This document shows, piece by piece, positions 51,050 through 64,000 of a DNA stretch of 64,000 nucleotides. The DNA is from Octopus vulgaris (Eukaryota). The stretch spans positions 16,368,001-16,432,000 of the forward strand of contig OX597833.1 in assembly GCA_951406725.2 (NCBI GenBank), read 5' to 3'. The notes beneath the pieces were generated by a model. The model ran no database searches, had not been told where the DNA came from, and worked only from the letters and a program-made list of their open reading frames with translations. Position 1 is the stretch's first letter; every line of letters begins with the position of its first letter. Position numbers and translations under genes: made by a program.

Positions 51050-52070
51050 AAATGGGGCACTTTGTGATCTCCGACTCCTGTTTAGTGACCCCTATTTTCT
51101 TATTTTAGGACTACTGATCTTTAGTTTTGCGACTCCTATTTGTCCTTTTCGTCAATCCTTTTCTCCCGTTTTTGACTCCTATTTTTTCCTTTTGTCACTC
51201 CTTTTCTCTTCTTTTAAGACTCATGTTCTCCCGTCTTGAGACTCTGGTTTTTCTACTCTGTTACTCTTAGCCTCTAGCTTTTGACTCCTATTTTTTCCAT
51301 TTTGTCACTCCTTTTCTCTCGTTTTGACTCCTATTTTTTTTCATTTTGTCATTCCTTTTCTCTCCTTTTAGGATTCATGTTCTTCCATTTTGAGACTCTG
51401 GTTTTTCTACTCTGCTACTCTTAGCCTCTAGCTTTTGACTCCTATTTTTTCCATTTTGTGACTCACATTCTCTCATTTTTGAACTTCTGTTTTCCCATTT
51501 CGAATCTCTTATTTTTCCACTTCGTTACTCCTAATCTCCCTTTTTTGACCCCTACTTTCTATTTTGTGATTTGTATTTTCCCCCTTTGTGGCTCATATTC
51601 TTCCATTTTAAGACTCCTGTTCTCTTGTTTTGAGAATACTATTTTCCACTTTGTTAATCTTATTCTCCCATTTGTGACTCCTATCCTTCAAATTTGTGAT
51701 TCCTATTCTCCTAATTTAGGACATGTTCTTCGAACTTGGTTATTCCAATTCTCTGTTTTTGACTCCTATTTTCTATTTATGACTCATATTCTTCCATTTT
51801 GTGACTCGTACAATCCCATTTCATGACTATTGTTTTCCCATTCTCTGACTCCTCCCATTACATTATACCTATTCTTCCATTTTATGACTTCACTTCACCC
51901 CTTCTAATTTGTGACCAAATTTTATCATTTTAGATCCCCCATTTTCCCATTTTCCCATTTTTGCAACCCAAACCTGACCGTATTTTCCCATTTAGAACCC
52001 CTCATTTACATATTTTATAACCTCATTTTGTGATCCCATCGTCATATTTTGAACCCCAATTTTCACCTCA
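51050..52070. repeat. Degenerate ~22-bp minisatellite (tttgtgactcctattttcccat-like)
   Basis: Recurrent tgactcct/a spaced ~22 bp apart. Confidence 0.7.
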
Positions 52071-52138
52071 TATTATAAGCCCCAGTGATGTCAGCAAGCC
52101 TACTAGCACCCTATTTCGAACAAATGGTATAATTTATA

Positions 52139-52599
<461 letters not shown>

Positions 52600-52982
52600 G
52601 AGATGACATTTGGTGTGCAACAGTCCACTCTATGAGATAAGTACTTTCGATACAGGTCTCCCATCTCCAACAAGCTAGAGAAATTAACTTCACGTTAATT
52701 CACGATGATAATCTTTCATGATAAGTGGGTGTTGTCGTTAACTAATGAACAAACAAGCGTTCTGAAATACATTTCCCAAGCATATATTTGTTTCAAATCG
52801 AAATTTTTAAACTAGTTTTTGTTGTTCTATTTTTGATAAAATCTTTAAAATATTTTGAAGAAAGAACAATTTCAGCTTTTTAATCCTCTTCTCCCACTAA
52901 CTCTGCATATTACATTGTGTTTTAATGTGTTTTTATCTTTCTCACAATCGTTCTTCTGTATCTCTGATGACCTACTTATATA

Positions 52983-53129
<147 letters not shown>

Positions 53130-53342
53130 CGAGCTGGCAGAGACGTTAGCAAACCAGGCGAAGTGCCTCGCGGTATTTCGCCCGTCGCTATGTTCTGAGT
53201 TCAAATTCCGCCGAGGTCGACTTTGCCTTTCATCCTTTCGGGGTCGATAAATTAAGTAGCAGTTAATCCGTTTGTCTGTCCTTGTTTGTCCCCTCTATGT
53301 TTAGCCCATTGTGGGTAATAAAGAAACATATATATATATACA

Positions 53343-54640
53343 CTAGCAGTATTGCCCGGCGTTGCTCGGTTTGCAAGGGAAATAACTATAAAGCATTTTT
53401 AGAGAGTTATAGCCAAAAAATGCATTAAATGCATTAAAAATGGAAAAAATATGATGGTAAATATTTTTTAAAATCGTTGATTCATCGTAGACATTTTTAG
53501 AGAGTTACTTCCCTTTAAAAAAATATGCATTAAAATGGGAAAAAATGATGGTAAATTTTTTTTTAAATCGTAGACTCATCGTAGATGCGCGCTAATACCC
53601 AGAAGGGCTCGATATGAATCACGACTATAAGATACCCGGTTTTGGTTAAACTGCACCGCAAAATGTGGGAGTAGTTAGGAATCTAAATCGGAGTAGACAG
53701 ACACACAACTTTACTTTTATATATAAAGACTAGCAGTATCGCCCGGCGTTGCTCGGGTTTGTAATGGAAATAACTATAAAGCATTTTTAGAGAGTTATAG
53801 CCCAAAAATAGCAAAAAAATGCATTAAAAATGGAAAAAAAATTATAGTAAATTTTTTAAAAATCGTTGACTCATCGTAGACATTTTTAGAGAGTTACTTC
53901 CCTTATATAATAGCGAAGAAAATGCATCAAAATGGAAAAAAATGATGGTAAATTATTTTTAAAATCGTAGACTCATCGTAGACGCGCGCTAATACCCAGA
54001 AGGGCTCGATATGAATCACGACTATAAGATACCCGGTTTTGATTAAACTGCACCGCAAAATGTGGGAGTAGTTAGGAATCTAAATCGTAGGAGACAGACA
54101 CACAACTTCACTTTCATATATAAAGATTTGTGCAACAACTAAAACATTCGGTTGTGCAAATTGTTTGCACAGGAAACCTGCCCTGTGTGGCGGTTTTTGT
54201 CGTTTTTGTGGATCTGCTTCAGCTTTTTTAGCGATTTCTGTTTTGGCGACTTCAAGCCATGAAGTCGTTGTTCTAAAAGAACGCTGGTCTCCTTGACAAC
54301 GCTTTACGACGTTGATTTCCTTACACTCCCTTCCCCACAGCTTCACGAGGGAGGGAAGAAGGGGGAGAAGCAACACAGGTGCAGGTGTGAGCATGGACGC
54401 CAACTCCGCCGCCTTCGCTTTATTTAAAAAATATGCGTTAAAATGGAAAAAAATTATGGTAAATTATTTTTAAAACCGTAGACTCATCGTAGACGTGCGC
54501 TAATATGCAGACGGGCTCGATGTGAATCACGACTGTAAGATAACCGAATTTGGTTAAACTGCACCGCAAAATGTGGGAGTAGTTAGGAATCTAAATCGTA
54601 GGAGACAGACACTCACACCACTTCACTTTTATATATATAG
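53343..54640 (-). mobile_element. Head-to-tail Helitron array
   Basis: CTAG plus hairpin ends at 53343 and 53730; TC start near 54640; homologous to 29729-30241. Confidence 0.8.
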
Positions 54641-55117
54641 ATATAAAGAAGCATTAGTTATAAGCAAGCATTAAATTTGGGTCAACAACTTTATATACAA
54701 CACCACCCTTCGGAGATTTAATCATATATAAAAATCACCATGGTTCCCAGACACATAAAAATAATACATGTACATAAAGTCACAGAAGGTAAAAATATAT
54801 AATCGAAAAAATACAAATAGAACGGCCAATCAAAAAAGTTAAATATAAACGTCTAAAAACTCATAAACTACCAAAAAACATAATAGACAAATATAAAATC
54901 AGTAAAGGTAAAAATAAAATAGAATAAAATAAAATAAAATAAAATAAAATAAATAAATGTCCACCGACTAAAAAAGTTTTAGCAGACGATTAAAATATTA
55001 AAAACATTTTTTAAAATTATTAAAAAAATATTTGAAAAAAGTCTTTTACTTCCCTCACACAAGTACGTCCAAAAGTTCATAATAAGCAGACTTCACAGGT
55101 CAAATTCAACATTCACA

Positions 55118-55204
55118 TATATCTATGGCCATTTCAGGAGATCACCACTGCAGTTTATGTACACTAATGTGCATCACGGCGATGGCCCCCCTCATCAGGA
55201 TAAA
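55118..55204 (-). ncRNA. Hammerhead ribozyme (type I, PLE-associated)
   Basis: tttatc-CTGATGA-stem II-GAAA-tggcca-TA-gatata. Confidence 0.7.
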
Positions 55205-55370
55205 CAGGAAACAAGAAACACACACAGATCAAAATTTTTTTAATGAAAAGCTTATATAACTTAAAAGAACAACCCATCAGCGGACCAGTCCAAATTTTCT
55301 AAAAAGAAAAAAAAGTCTATAGCTAAACACTCAGGTGGCTGTAGTTAACAGAAATTCAACCTCGCCAGTT

Positions 55371-55882
55371 TCAAATCCCCGTAACGCTAAAAACAATTTT
55401 ATTACATCTACTTTTATTTCTATACACTTTCAAAAAAGTGGACGAAAACCTATGGTTGCCAAAAGGGATCACCTCAGTGAATCTATTTAAAATTTTTGGC
55501 CCAGAAGACTTAAGGATGGCAAGGGATTCATTTATACACAACTTGTACTTATTTATATTTACTCTGAAGTAAAGGGCTCTCGAAATAACGGACCATTCCA
55601 GAGAATAACTCTTATTATTCACTTTAGATCGTGTATATAAGATGCAAATGTGGTAGAGCTACAGTAATTTTCATTTTCATTTGAAAACGGGCTCATGTGT
55701 TCCCTATACCTAGCCTTAAAATTTACTGTACTACCTATGTAAAACTTATCTAAATTATCTTCATCCTTAACAACGCATTTAAAAATTGCATTAGAAATTA
55801 AACAGAACCCATCAAGGGGACATAATGCAGGGTTTCTACAATTACATGATTTTCCAGGGCCATCCCTTACTTTATTTCTACT
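55371..55882 (-). pseudogene. Penelope-like element GIY-YIG endonuclease fragment (frameshifted)
   Basis: CNCRNPALCPLDGFCL, AIFKC...FYIGST, KARYREH, LEWSVI, LNR; 1-nt deletion near 55620. Confidence 0.85.
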
Positions 55883-56328
55883 GTAGAAATCCTGCATTTT
55901 GTCCCCTTGATGGGTTCTGTCTAATTACTAATGTAATTTATAAATGCGTTGTTAATGATGAGGATAATTTAGATAAGTTTTATATAGGAAGTACGGTAAA
56001 TTTTAAGGCTAGGTATAGGGCCCATTTGAGCTCGTTTTCAAATGAAAAATACTGTAGCTCTACCACACTTGTTTCTTATATTATTCCTCCAAAGAGGAAT
56101 AATAAGAGTTATTCTCTGGAATGGTCCGTTATTTCGAGAGCCCCTTACTTCAGAGTAAATATAAATAAATGCAAGATGTGTGTAAAAGAACCTCTTGCCA
56201 TCCTGAAGTCTTTTGGGCCCAAAACTTTGAATAGATTCACTGAAGTGATTCCTTTTTGCAACCATAGGTTTTCGTCCACCTTTTTGAAAGTGTATAGAAA
56301 TAAAATAGATGTAATAAAAATTGTTTAG
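55882..56328 (+). pseudogene. Penelope-like element GIY-YIG endonuclease fragment (open, 5'-truncated)
   Basis: CRNPAFCPLDGFCL, VIYKC...FYIGST, RYRAH, CKMC, E, LNR, CNH. Confidence 0.87.
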
Positions 56329-56856
56329 CGTTACGGGGATTTGAAACCGGTGAGGTTGAATTTCTGTTAACTATGTTTAGCAATAGACATTTTTTTTATT
56401 TTTAGAAAATTTGGACTGGTCCGCTGATGGGTTGTTCTTTTAGGTTATATAAGCTTTTTATAAAAAAAAAATTGAACTTGGATGTCCTTGTATGAGGGAA
56501 TTAAAAGACTTTTTAAAAATATTTTTTTAAATATTGAAAAAATGATAAAAAAAAATTTTTTTTAATGCAGGAAGTGCTTGAGTTCGAGGTCTCTAACCCT
56601 ACGACCCACCCAAGAATAATGAGTGGTGAAAATGGGTAGATGGATGGATGGATTGATGGATCAACATCAAAAAAGACTTCGACATCGTCTAACACAAAAT
56701 TATACTAAAGAGATTCCCGTGTATGGACCCAGTCTGTTTCTCATCTGAAGTCGAAATATACATTAAGGGGTTTCTTTCTAGCCCTCATTTTATGAGCACA
56801 ATTATTTAAAGCTTCTTTTAAGTTTCTAAAAACTCCTTACTGTGTATTATCAACAT

Positions 56857-57332
56857 AGGCGCAGGAGTGGCTATGTAGTAAGTAGCTTGCTTATCAACCA
56901 CATGGTTCCGGGTTCAGTCCCACTGCGTGGCACCTTGGGCAGATGTCTTCTACTATAACCTCAAGCCGACCAAAGCCTTGTGAATAGATTTGGCAGACAG
57001 AAACTGAAAGAAGCCCGTCGTATGTATGTATGTATGTATGTATGTATGTATGTATGTATGTATGTATGTATGTATGTATGTGTGTATGTATGTATTTATT
57101 TGTATGTATATGTTTGTGCGTCTGTGTTTGTCTCCCCAACATTGCTCGACAACCGATGGTGGTGTGTTTACGTCTCCGTAACTTAGCGGTTCGGCAAAAG
57201 AGATCGATAAAATAAGTATTAGGCTTACAAAGAATAAGTCCTGGGGTCGATTTGCTCGACTAAAGGCGGTGCTCCAGCATGGCCGCAGTCAAATGACTGA
57301 AACAAGTAAGAGAGTAAAAGAGTAAAAGAGTA
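56857..57332 (+). mobile_element. SINE family A
   Basis: Consensus match. Confidence 0.87.
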
Positions 57333-57811
57333 ACAAAACCATCGCTATACACTTCCATTCTCTGATATCACCATTCATTCCTTTCAAAAGCGTTACACAC
57401 TGGTCCCGATTATAGACTGTAATAGGAAAACTGATAGTCCAAAGACAGCTATTGCTGAGAATCAAGTCCACAAAACTGTCAGGCAAATCGCCACGAATCA
57501 TTGCCGAAGACAAACCTGACGATAGGTATGGTGGGGAAGAAAGCAACTTGCCATCAAAGGCGTTGTCCAGAATCAAGAACCTGATTGATTGAATGCATGC
57601 AACAAAACAGGGAACTGGAATGCCTTGGCAAGTTGACCCCTGGACGTACGTAGGATCTACCTAATGAGTTCATTTTGTACATTTTAGGTCTAAAATATAA
57701 TTACAAACTTTACCTATAGAGCTTAACAGAAGTTACTACTGGGTAATATTTTCCTTGGCTTAATTTGTTATGTACATCCTAGGTCTGTAATTCAGGAGCA
57801 AGATAATGGAA

Positions 57812-59790
57812 CTAGCAGTATCGTCCGGCGTTGCTCGGGTTTGTTTCGATCCTTTAGAATTGGAATTTTTGAAAAGTAAAAATTCTGCATTATGTAGCTT
57901 GTTATTCTCTTTAAGTGAACGTTTTTCTGGTTGAAATACACCCAAAAATAGCGACACAGCAGTAAAAAAATCGTAAAAAATAGGGATTTTCATAGAAAAA
58001 AAAACACCTTCTTGATGTAAATCATTTTTGATGTTAACATGGTCCGATTTGAAAATTTTCTTCTACTGCAGGAAGAGCAAGCCTTCTTCTATCATACTCT
58101 CAATTTTGGTCAACTTGCGTCGCACGGTCTCGGAGGAGATAGTGTTAGTTGAAGGCTACCAAACTTGCCATACGCAGACAACTTCAGCTTTATATATATA
58201 GACTAGCAGTATCGTCCGGCGTTACTCGGGTTTGTTTCGACCCTTTAGAATTGGAATTTTTGAACAGTAAAAACTTTGCATTATGTAGCTTCTTATTCTC
58301 TTTAAGTGAACGTTTTTCTGGTTGAAATAGACCAAAAAATGGTGACACAGCAGTCAAAAAATCGTAAAAAATAGGGATTTTCATAGAAAAAAAAACACCT
58401 TCTTGATGTAAATAATTTTTGGTGTTAACATAGTCCAATTTGAATTTTTTCTTGTACGGAAGGAAGAGCAAGCATTCTTCTATCATACTCTCAATTTTGG
58501 TCAACTTGCGCCGCAGGGTCTCGGAGGAGATAGTGTTAGTTGAAGGCTACCAAACCTGCCATACACAGACAACTTCAGCTTTATATATATACTAGCAGTA
58601 TCGCCCGGCGTTGCTCGGGTTTGTAAGGGAAATAACGATATAAGAATTTTTAGAGAGTTATAGCCAAAAAATAGCAAAAAATGCATTAAAAATGGAAAAA
58701 AAAATTATGTTAAATTTTTTTTTTAATCGTTGACTCATCGTAGACATTTTTAGAGAGTTACTTCCCTTATATAATAGCGAAAAAATGCATTAAAATGGGA
58801 AAAAAATGATGGTAAACTTTTTTTAAATCGTAGACTCATCGTAGACATTTTTAGAGGGTTACTTCCCTTATATAATAGCGAAAAATGATGGTAAATTTTT
58901 TTTAAATCGTAGACTTATCGTAGACATTTTTTGAGAGTTACTTCCATTATGTAATAGCGAAAAAATGCATTAAAATAGGAAAAAAATGATGGTAAATTTT
59001 TTTTAAATCGTTGACTCATCGTAGACATTTTTAGAGAGTTACTTCCCTTATATAATAGCGAAAAAATGCATTAAAATGGGAAAAAAATTATGGTAAATTT
59101 TTATTTAAATCGTTGACTCATCGTAGGCATTTTTAGAGAGTTACTTCCCTTATATAATAGCAAAGAAAATGCATCAAAATGGAAAAAAATGATTAAACTG
59201 CACCGCAAAATGTGGGAGTAGTTAGGAATCTAAATCGTAGGAGACAGACACACAACTTCACTTTCATATATAAAGATTTGTGCAACAACTAAAACATTCG
59301 GTTGTGCAAATTGTTTGCACAGGAAACCTGCCCTGTGTGGCGGTTTTTGTCGTTTTTTTGGATCTGCTTCAGCTTTTTTAACGATTTCTGTTTTGGCGAC
59401 TTCAAGCCATGAAGTCGTTGTTCTAAAAGAACGCTGGTCTCCTTGACAACGCTTTACGACGTTGATTTCCTTACACTCCCTTCCCCACAGCTTCACGAGG
59501 GAGGGAAGAAGGGGGAGAAGCAACACAGGTGCAGGTGTGAGCATGGACGCCAACTCCGCCGCCTTCGCTTTATTTAAAAAATATGCGTTAAAATGGAAAA
59601 AAATTATGGTAAATTATTTTTAAAACCGTAGACTCATCGTAGACGTGCGCTAATATGCAGACGGGCTCGATATGAATCACGACTGTAAGATAACCGAATT
59701 TGGTTAAACTGCACCGCAAAATGTGGGAGTAGTTAGGAATCTAAATCGTAGGAGACAGACACTCACACCACTTCACTTTTATATATATAG
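57812..59790 (-). mobile_element. Head-to-tail Helitron array (two families)
   Basis: CTAG plus hairpin ends at 57812, 58203 and 58592; internal ~90-bp subrepeats. Confidence 0.8.
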
Positions 59791-60267
59791 ATATAAAGAA
59801 GCATTAGTTATAAGCAAGCATTAAATTTGGGTCAACAACTTTATATACAACACCACCCTTCGGAGATTTAATCATATATAAAAATCACCATGGTTCCCAG
59901 ACACATAAAAATAATACATGTACATAAAGTCACAGAAGGTAAAAATATATAATCGAAAAAATACAAATAGAACGGCCAATCAAAAAAGTTAAATATAAAC
60001 GTCTAAAAACTCATAAACTACCAAAAAACATAATAGACAAATATAAAATCAGTAAAGGTAAAAATAAAATAGAATAAAATAAAATAAAATAAAATAAAAT
60101 AAATAAATGTCCACCGACTAAAAAAGTTTTAGCAGACGATTAAAATATTAAAAACATTTTTTAAAATTATTAAAAAAATATTTGAAAAAAGTCTTTTACT
60201 TCCCTCACACAAGTACGTCCAAAAGTTCATAATAAGCAGACTTCACAGGTCAAATTCAACATTCACA

Positions 60268-60354
60268 TATATCTATGGCCATTTCAGGAGATCACCACTG
60301 CAGTTTATGTACACTAATGTGCATCACGGCGATGGCCCCCCTCATCAGGATAAA
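60268..60354 (-). ncRNA. Hammerhead ribozyme (duplicate of 55118-55204)
   Basis: Identical motif at offset 5150. Confidence 0.7.
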
Positions 60355-60522
60355 CAGGAAACAAGAAACACACACAGATCAAAATTTTTTTAATGAAAAG
60401 CTTATATAACTTAAAAGAACAACCCATCAGCGGACCAGTCCAAATTTTCTAAAAAGAAAAAAAAAAGTCTATAGCTAAACACTCAGGTGGCTGTAGTTAA
60501 CAGAAATTCAACCTCGCCAGTT

Positions 60523-61034
60523 TCAAATCCCCGTAACGCTAAAAACAATTTTATTACATCTACTTTTATTTCTATACACTTTCAAAAAAGTGGACGAAAA
60601 CCTATGGTTGCCAAAAGGGATCACCTCAGTGAATCTATTTAAAATTTTTGGCCCAGAAGACTTAAGGATGGCAAGGGATTCATTTATACACAACTTGTAC
60701 TTATTTATATTTACTCTGAAGTAAAGGGCTCTCGAAATAACGGACCATTCCAGAGAATAACTCTTATTATTCACTTTAGATCGTGTATATAAGATGCAAA
60801 TGTGGTAGAGCTACAGTAATTTTCATTTTCATTTGAAAACGGGCTCATGTGTTCCCTATACCTAGCCTTAAAATTTACTGTACTACCTATGTAAAACTTA
60901 TCTAAATTATCTTCATCCTTAACAACGCATTTAAAAATTGCATTAGAAATTAAACAGAACCCATCAAGGGGACATAATGCAGGGTTTCTACAATTACATG
61001 ATTTTCCAGGGCCATCCCTTACTTTATTTCTACT
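60523..61034 (-). pseudogene. PLE GIY-YIG endonuclease fragment (duplicate)
   Basis: Same translation as 55371-55882. Confidence 0.85.
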
Positions 61035-61478
61035 GTAGAAATCCTGCATTTTGTCCCCTTGATGGGTTCTGTCTAATTACTAATGCAATTTATAAATGCG
61101 TTGTTAATGATGAGGATAATTTAGATAAGTTTTATATAGGAAGTACGGTAAATTTTAAGGCTAGGTATAGGGCCCATTTGAGCTCGTTTTCAAATGAAAA
61201 ATACTGTAGCTCTACCACACTTGTTTCTTATATTATTCCTCCAAAGAGGAATAATAAGAGTTATTCTCTGGAATGGTCCGTTATTTCGAGAGCCCCTTAC
61301 TTCAGAGTAAATATAAATAAATGCAATATGTGTGTAAAAGAACCTCTTGCCATCCTGAAGTCTTTGGGCCCAAAACTTTGAATAGATTCACTGAAGTGAT
61401 TCCTTTTTGCAACCATAGGTTTTCGTCCACCTTTTGAAAGTGTATAGAAATAAAATAGATGTAATAAAAATTGTTTAG
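61034..61478 (+). pseudogene. PLE GIY-YIG endonuclease fragment (duplicate, frameshifted)
   Basis: As 55882-56328, with 1-nt deletions near 61363 and 61433. Confidence 0.85.
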
Positions 61479-61646
61479 CGTTACGGGATTTGAAACCGGT
61501 GAGGTTGAATTTCTGTTAACTATGTTTAGCAATAGACATTTTTTTTATTTTTAGAAAATTTGGACTGGTCCGCTGATGGGTTGTTCTTTTAGGTTATATA
61601 AGCTTTTTATAAAAAAAATTTATCTGTGCGTATTTCTTGTTGCCTG

Positions 61647-61734
61647 TATATCCTGGTGAGGGGGTTCATCGCCGTGATGCACTTTAGTGTCAATTAATCT
61701 GCGGTGGTGAGCTCCCGAAATGGCCATAGATATA
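61647..61734 (+). ncRNA. Hammerhead ribozyme with core variant CUGGUGA
   Basis: tatatc-CTGGTGA-15-bp stem II-GAAA-tggcca-TA-gatata. Confidence 0.65.
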
Positions 61735-62245
61735 TGTGAATGTTGAATTTGACCTGTGAAGTCTGCTTATTAGGAACTTTTGGATGTACTTGTGTGAGGG
61801 GAATAAAAGACTTTTTTAAAGATGTATGTGAATTTGACCTGTGGCAGTCTGTTTACTTATGAACTTTGGATGTCCTTGTGTGAGGGAATTAAAAGACTTT
61901 TTAAAAATATTTTTTTAAATATTGAAAAAATAATTAAAAAATTTTTTTTTAAATGCAGGAAGTGCTTGAGTTCGAGGTCTCTAACCCTACGACCTACCCA
62001 AGAATAATGAGTGGTGAAAATGGGTAGATGGATGGATGGATTGATGGATGAAAAATCAAAAAAGACTTCGACGTCGTCTAACACAAAATTATACTAAAGA
62101 GATTCCCGTGTATGGACCCAGTCTATTTCTCATCTGAAGTCGAAATGTGCATTAAGGGGTTTCTTTCTAGCCCTCATTTTATGAGCACAATTATTTAAAG
62201 CTTCTTTTAAGTTTCTAAAAACTCCTTACTGTGTATTATCAACAT

Positions 62246-62408
62246 AGGCGCAGGAGTGGCTATGTAGTAAGTAGCTTGCTTATCAACCACATGGTTCCGG
62301 GTTCAGTCCCACTGCGTGGCACCTTGGGCAAATGTCTTCTACTATAACCTCAAGGCGACCAAAGCCTTGTGAATAGATTTGGCAGACAGAAACTGAAAGA
62401 AGCCGTCG

Positions 62409-62442
<34 letters not shown>

Positions 62443-62697
62443 TGTATGTATGTATGTATTTATTTGTATGTATATGTTTGTGCTTCTGTGTTCGTCTCCC
62501 CAACATTGCTCGACAACCGATGGTGGTGTGTTTACGTCCCCGTAACTTAGCGGTTCGGCAAAAGAGACCGATAGAATAAGTATTAGGCTTACAAAGATTA
62601 ACTCCTAGGATCGATTTGCTCGACTAAAGGCGGTGCTCCAGCATGGCCACAGTCAAATGACTGAAACAAGTAAGAGAGTAAAAGAGTAAAAGAGTAA
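62246..62697 (+). mobile_element. SINE family A (duplicate of 56857-57332)
   Basis: Same flanks as 56857-57332. Confidence 0.87.
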
Positions 62698-63158
62698 CAA
62701 AACCATCGCTATACACTTCCATTCTCTGATATCACCATTCATTCCTTTCAAAAGCGATTATAGACTGTAATAGGAAAACTGATAGTCCAAAGACAGCTAT
62801 TGTTGAGAATCAAGTCCACAAAACTGTTAGACAAATCGCCACGAATCATTGCCGAAGACAAACCTGACGATAGGTATGGTGGGGAAGAAAGCAACTTGCC
62901 ATCAAAGACGTTGTCCAGAATCAAGAACCTGGTTGATTGAATGCATGCAACAAAACAGGGAACTGGAATGCCTTGGCAAGTTGACCCCTGGACGTACGTA
63001 GGATCTACCTAATGAGTTCATTTTGTACATTTTAGGTCTAAAATATAATTACAAACTTTATTTATAGAGCTTAACAGATGTTACTCTGGGCAATATTTTC
63101 CTTGGCTTAATTTGTTATGTACATCCTAGGTCTGTAATTCAGGAGCAAGATAATGGAA

Positions 63159-63735
63159 CTAGCAGTATCGTCCGGCGTTGCTCGGGTTTGTTTCGACCCT
63201 TTAGAATAGCAAGCCTTCTTCTTTCATACTTTCAATTTTGGTCAACTTGTGCCGCAGGGTCTCGGAGGAGATAGTGTTTGTTGAAGGCTGCCAAACCTGC
63301 CATACACAGACAACTTCAGCTTTATACATATAGACTAGCAGTATCGCCCGGCGTTGCTCGGGTTTGTTTCGACCCTTTAGAATTGGAATTTTTGAAAAGT
63401 AAAAACTTTGCATTATGTAGCTTGTTATTCTCTTTAAGTGAACGTTTTTCTGGTTGAAATACACCGAAAAATGGCGATACAGCAGTCAAAAAATCGTAGA
63501 AAATAAGGATTTTCATAGAAAAAAAGCACCTTTTTTATGTAAATAATTTTTGGTGTTAACATGGTCCGATTTGAATTTTTCTTCTACGGAAGGAAGAGCA
63601 AGCCTTCTTCTATCATACTCTCAATTTTGGTCAACTTGCGCCGCAGGGTCTCGGAGGAGATAGTGTTTGTTGAAGGCTACCAAATCTGCCACATACACAC
63701 AGACAACTTCAGCTTTATATATATATATAGATATA
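63159..63735 (-). mobile_element. Helitron array
   Basis: CTAG plus hairpin ends at 63159 and 63335; TC start at right. Confidence 0.8.
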
Positions 63736-64000
63736 TAGATTAACATTACACTCTCACTGTTATTTATCACGTCTGCTAGTTAAGAAGCTTCTCGAAGTAT
63801 ATCAGTTAACTTATTATTTTCATTCTCACCGAAATGTTCTGTGGTCAGCGAAGCAGTAAAAGAGCAACAGCATTTGAAGTTGCAAAAACACCGAAATGTC
63901 AATGTAATCTTTTTTCATGGTTGATTGAATAAATACTTTGAAAGAGAAATGAAGCTCTTATCGTTGTAACATGACGTACATAAAACTACGGACTTCAGAT

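Noticed and set aside
55371-56460. Selenocysteine recoding or SECIS, as reported for some Naiad PLEs
   Set aside because: Motif cysteines are TGT/TGC. The TGA at 55619-55621 comes from a 1-nt deletion relative to the other arm. No convincing SECIS by eye; SECISearch3 would settle it.
57289-57576. 95-aa ORF in the unique part of the duplicated unit
   Set aside because: No recognisable family, runs into a SINE tail, and the second copy carries a deletion.

Overview
Animal genomic DNA, very likely an octopus or other coleoid cephalopod, inferred from the tRNA-derived CORE-type SINE families and dense microsatellites. The only host gene I recognise is the 5' end of the FACT subunit SPT16 on the - strand: exon 1 at 17868-17936, a 13.5-kb intron 1, and exon 2 at 4235-4333. 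I did not find exon 3 in the window, so the gene probably continues beyond position 1. The rest is mostly repeats: several SINE families, MITEs (GG-ended with 8-9-bp TSDs, hAT, piggyBac-like), Helitron arrays, Tc1 and mariner relics, and RTE, CR1 and R4/Dong LINE fragments. Most listed ORFs are repeat artefacts. Two features stand out. (1) A head-to-head inverted pair of Penelope-like (Naiad-type) GIY-YIG endonuclease 3' fragments carries hammerhead ribozymes with an unusually long stem II, and sits in a ~5.15-kb tandem duplication bounded by Helitrons (~53.3-63.7 kb). (2) A ~16% GC island of possibly foreign origin lies at 40.5-42.4 kb. Repeat boundaries were read by eye and are approximate unless a TSD is quoted.
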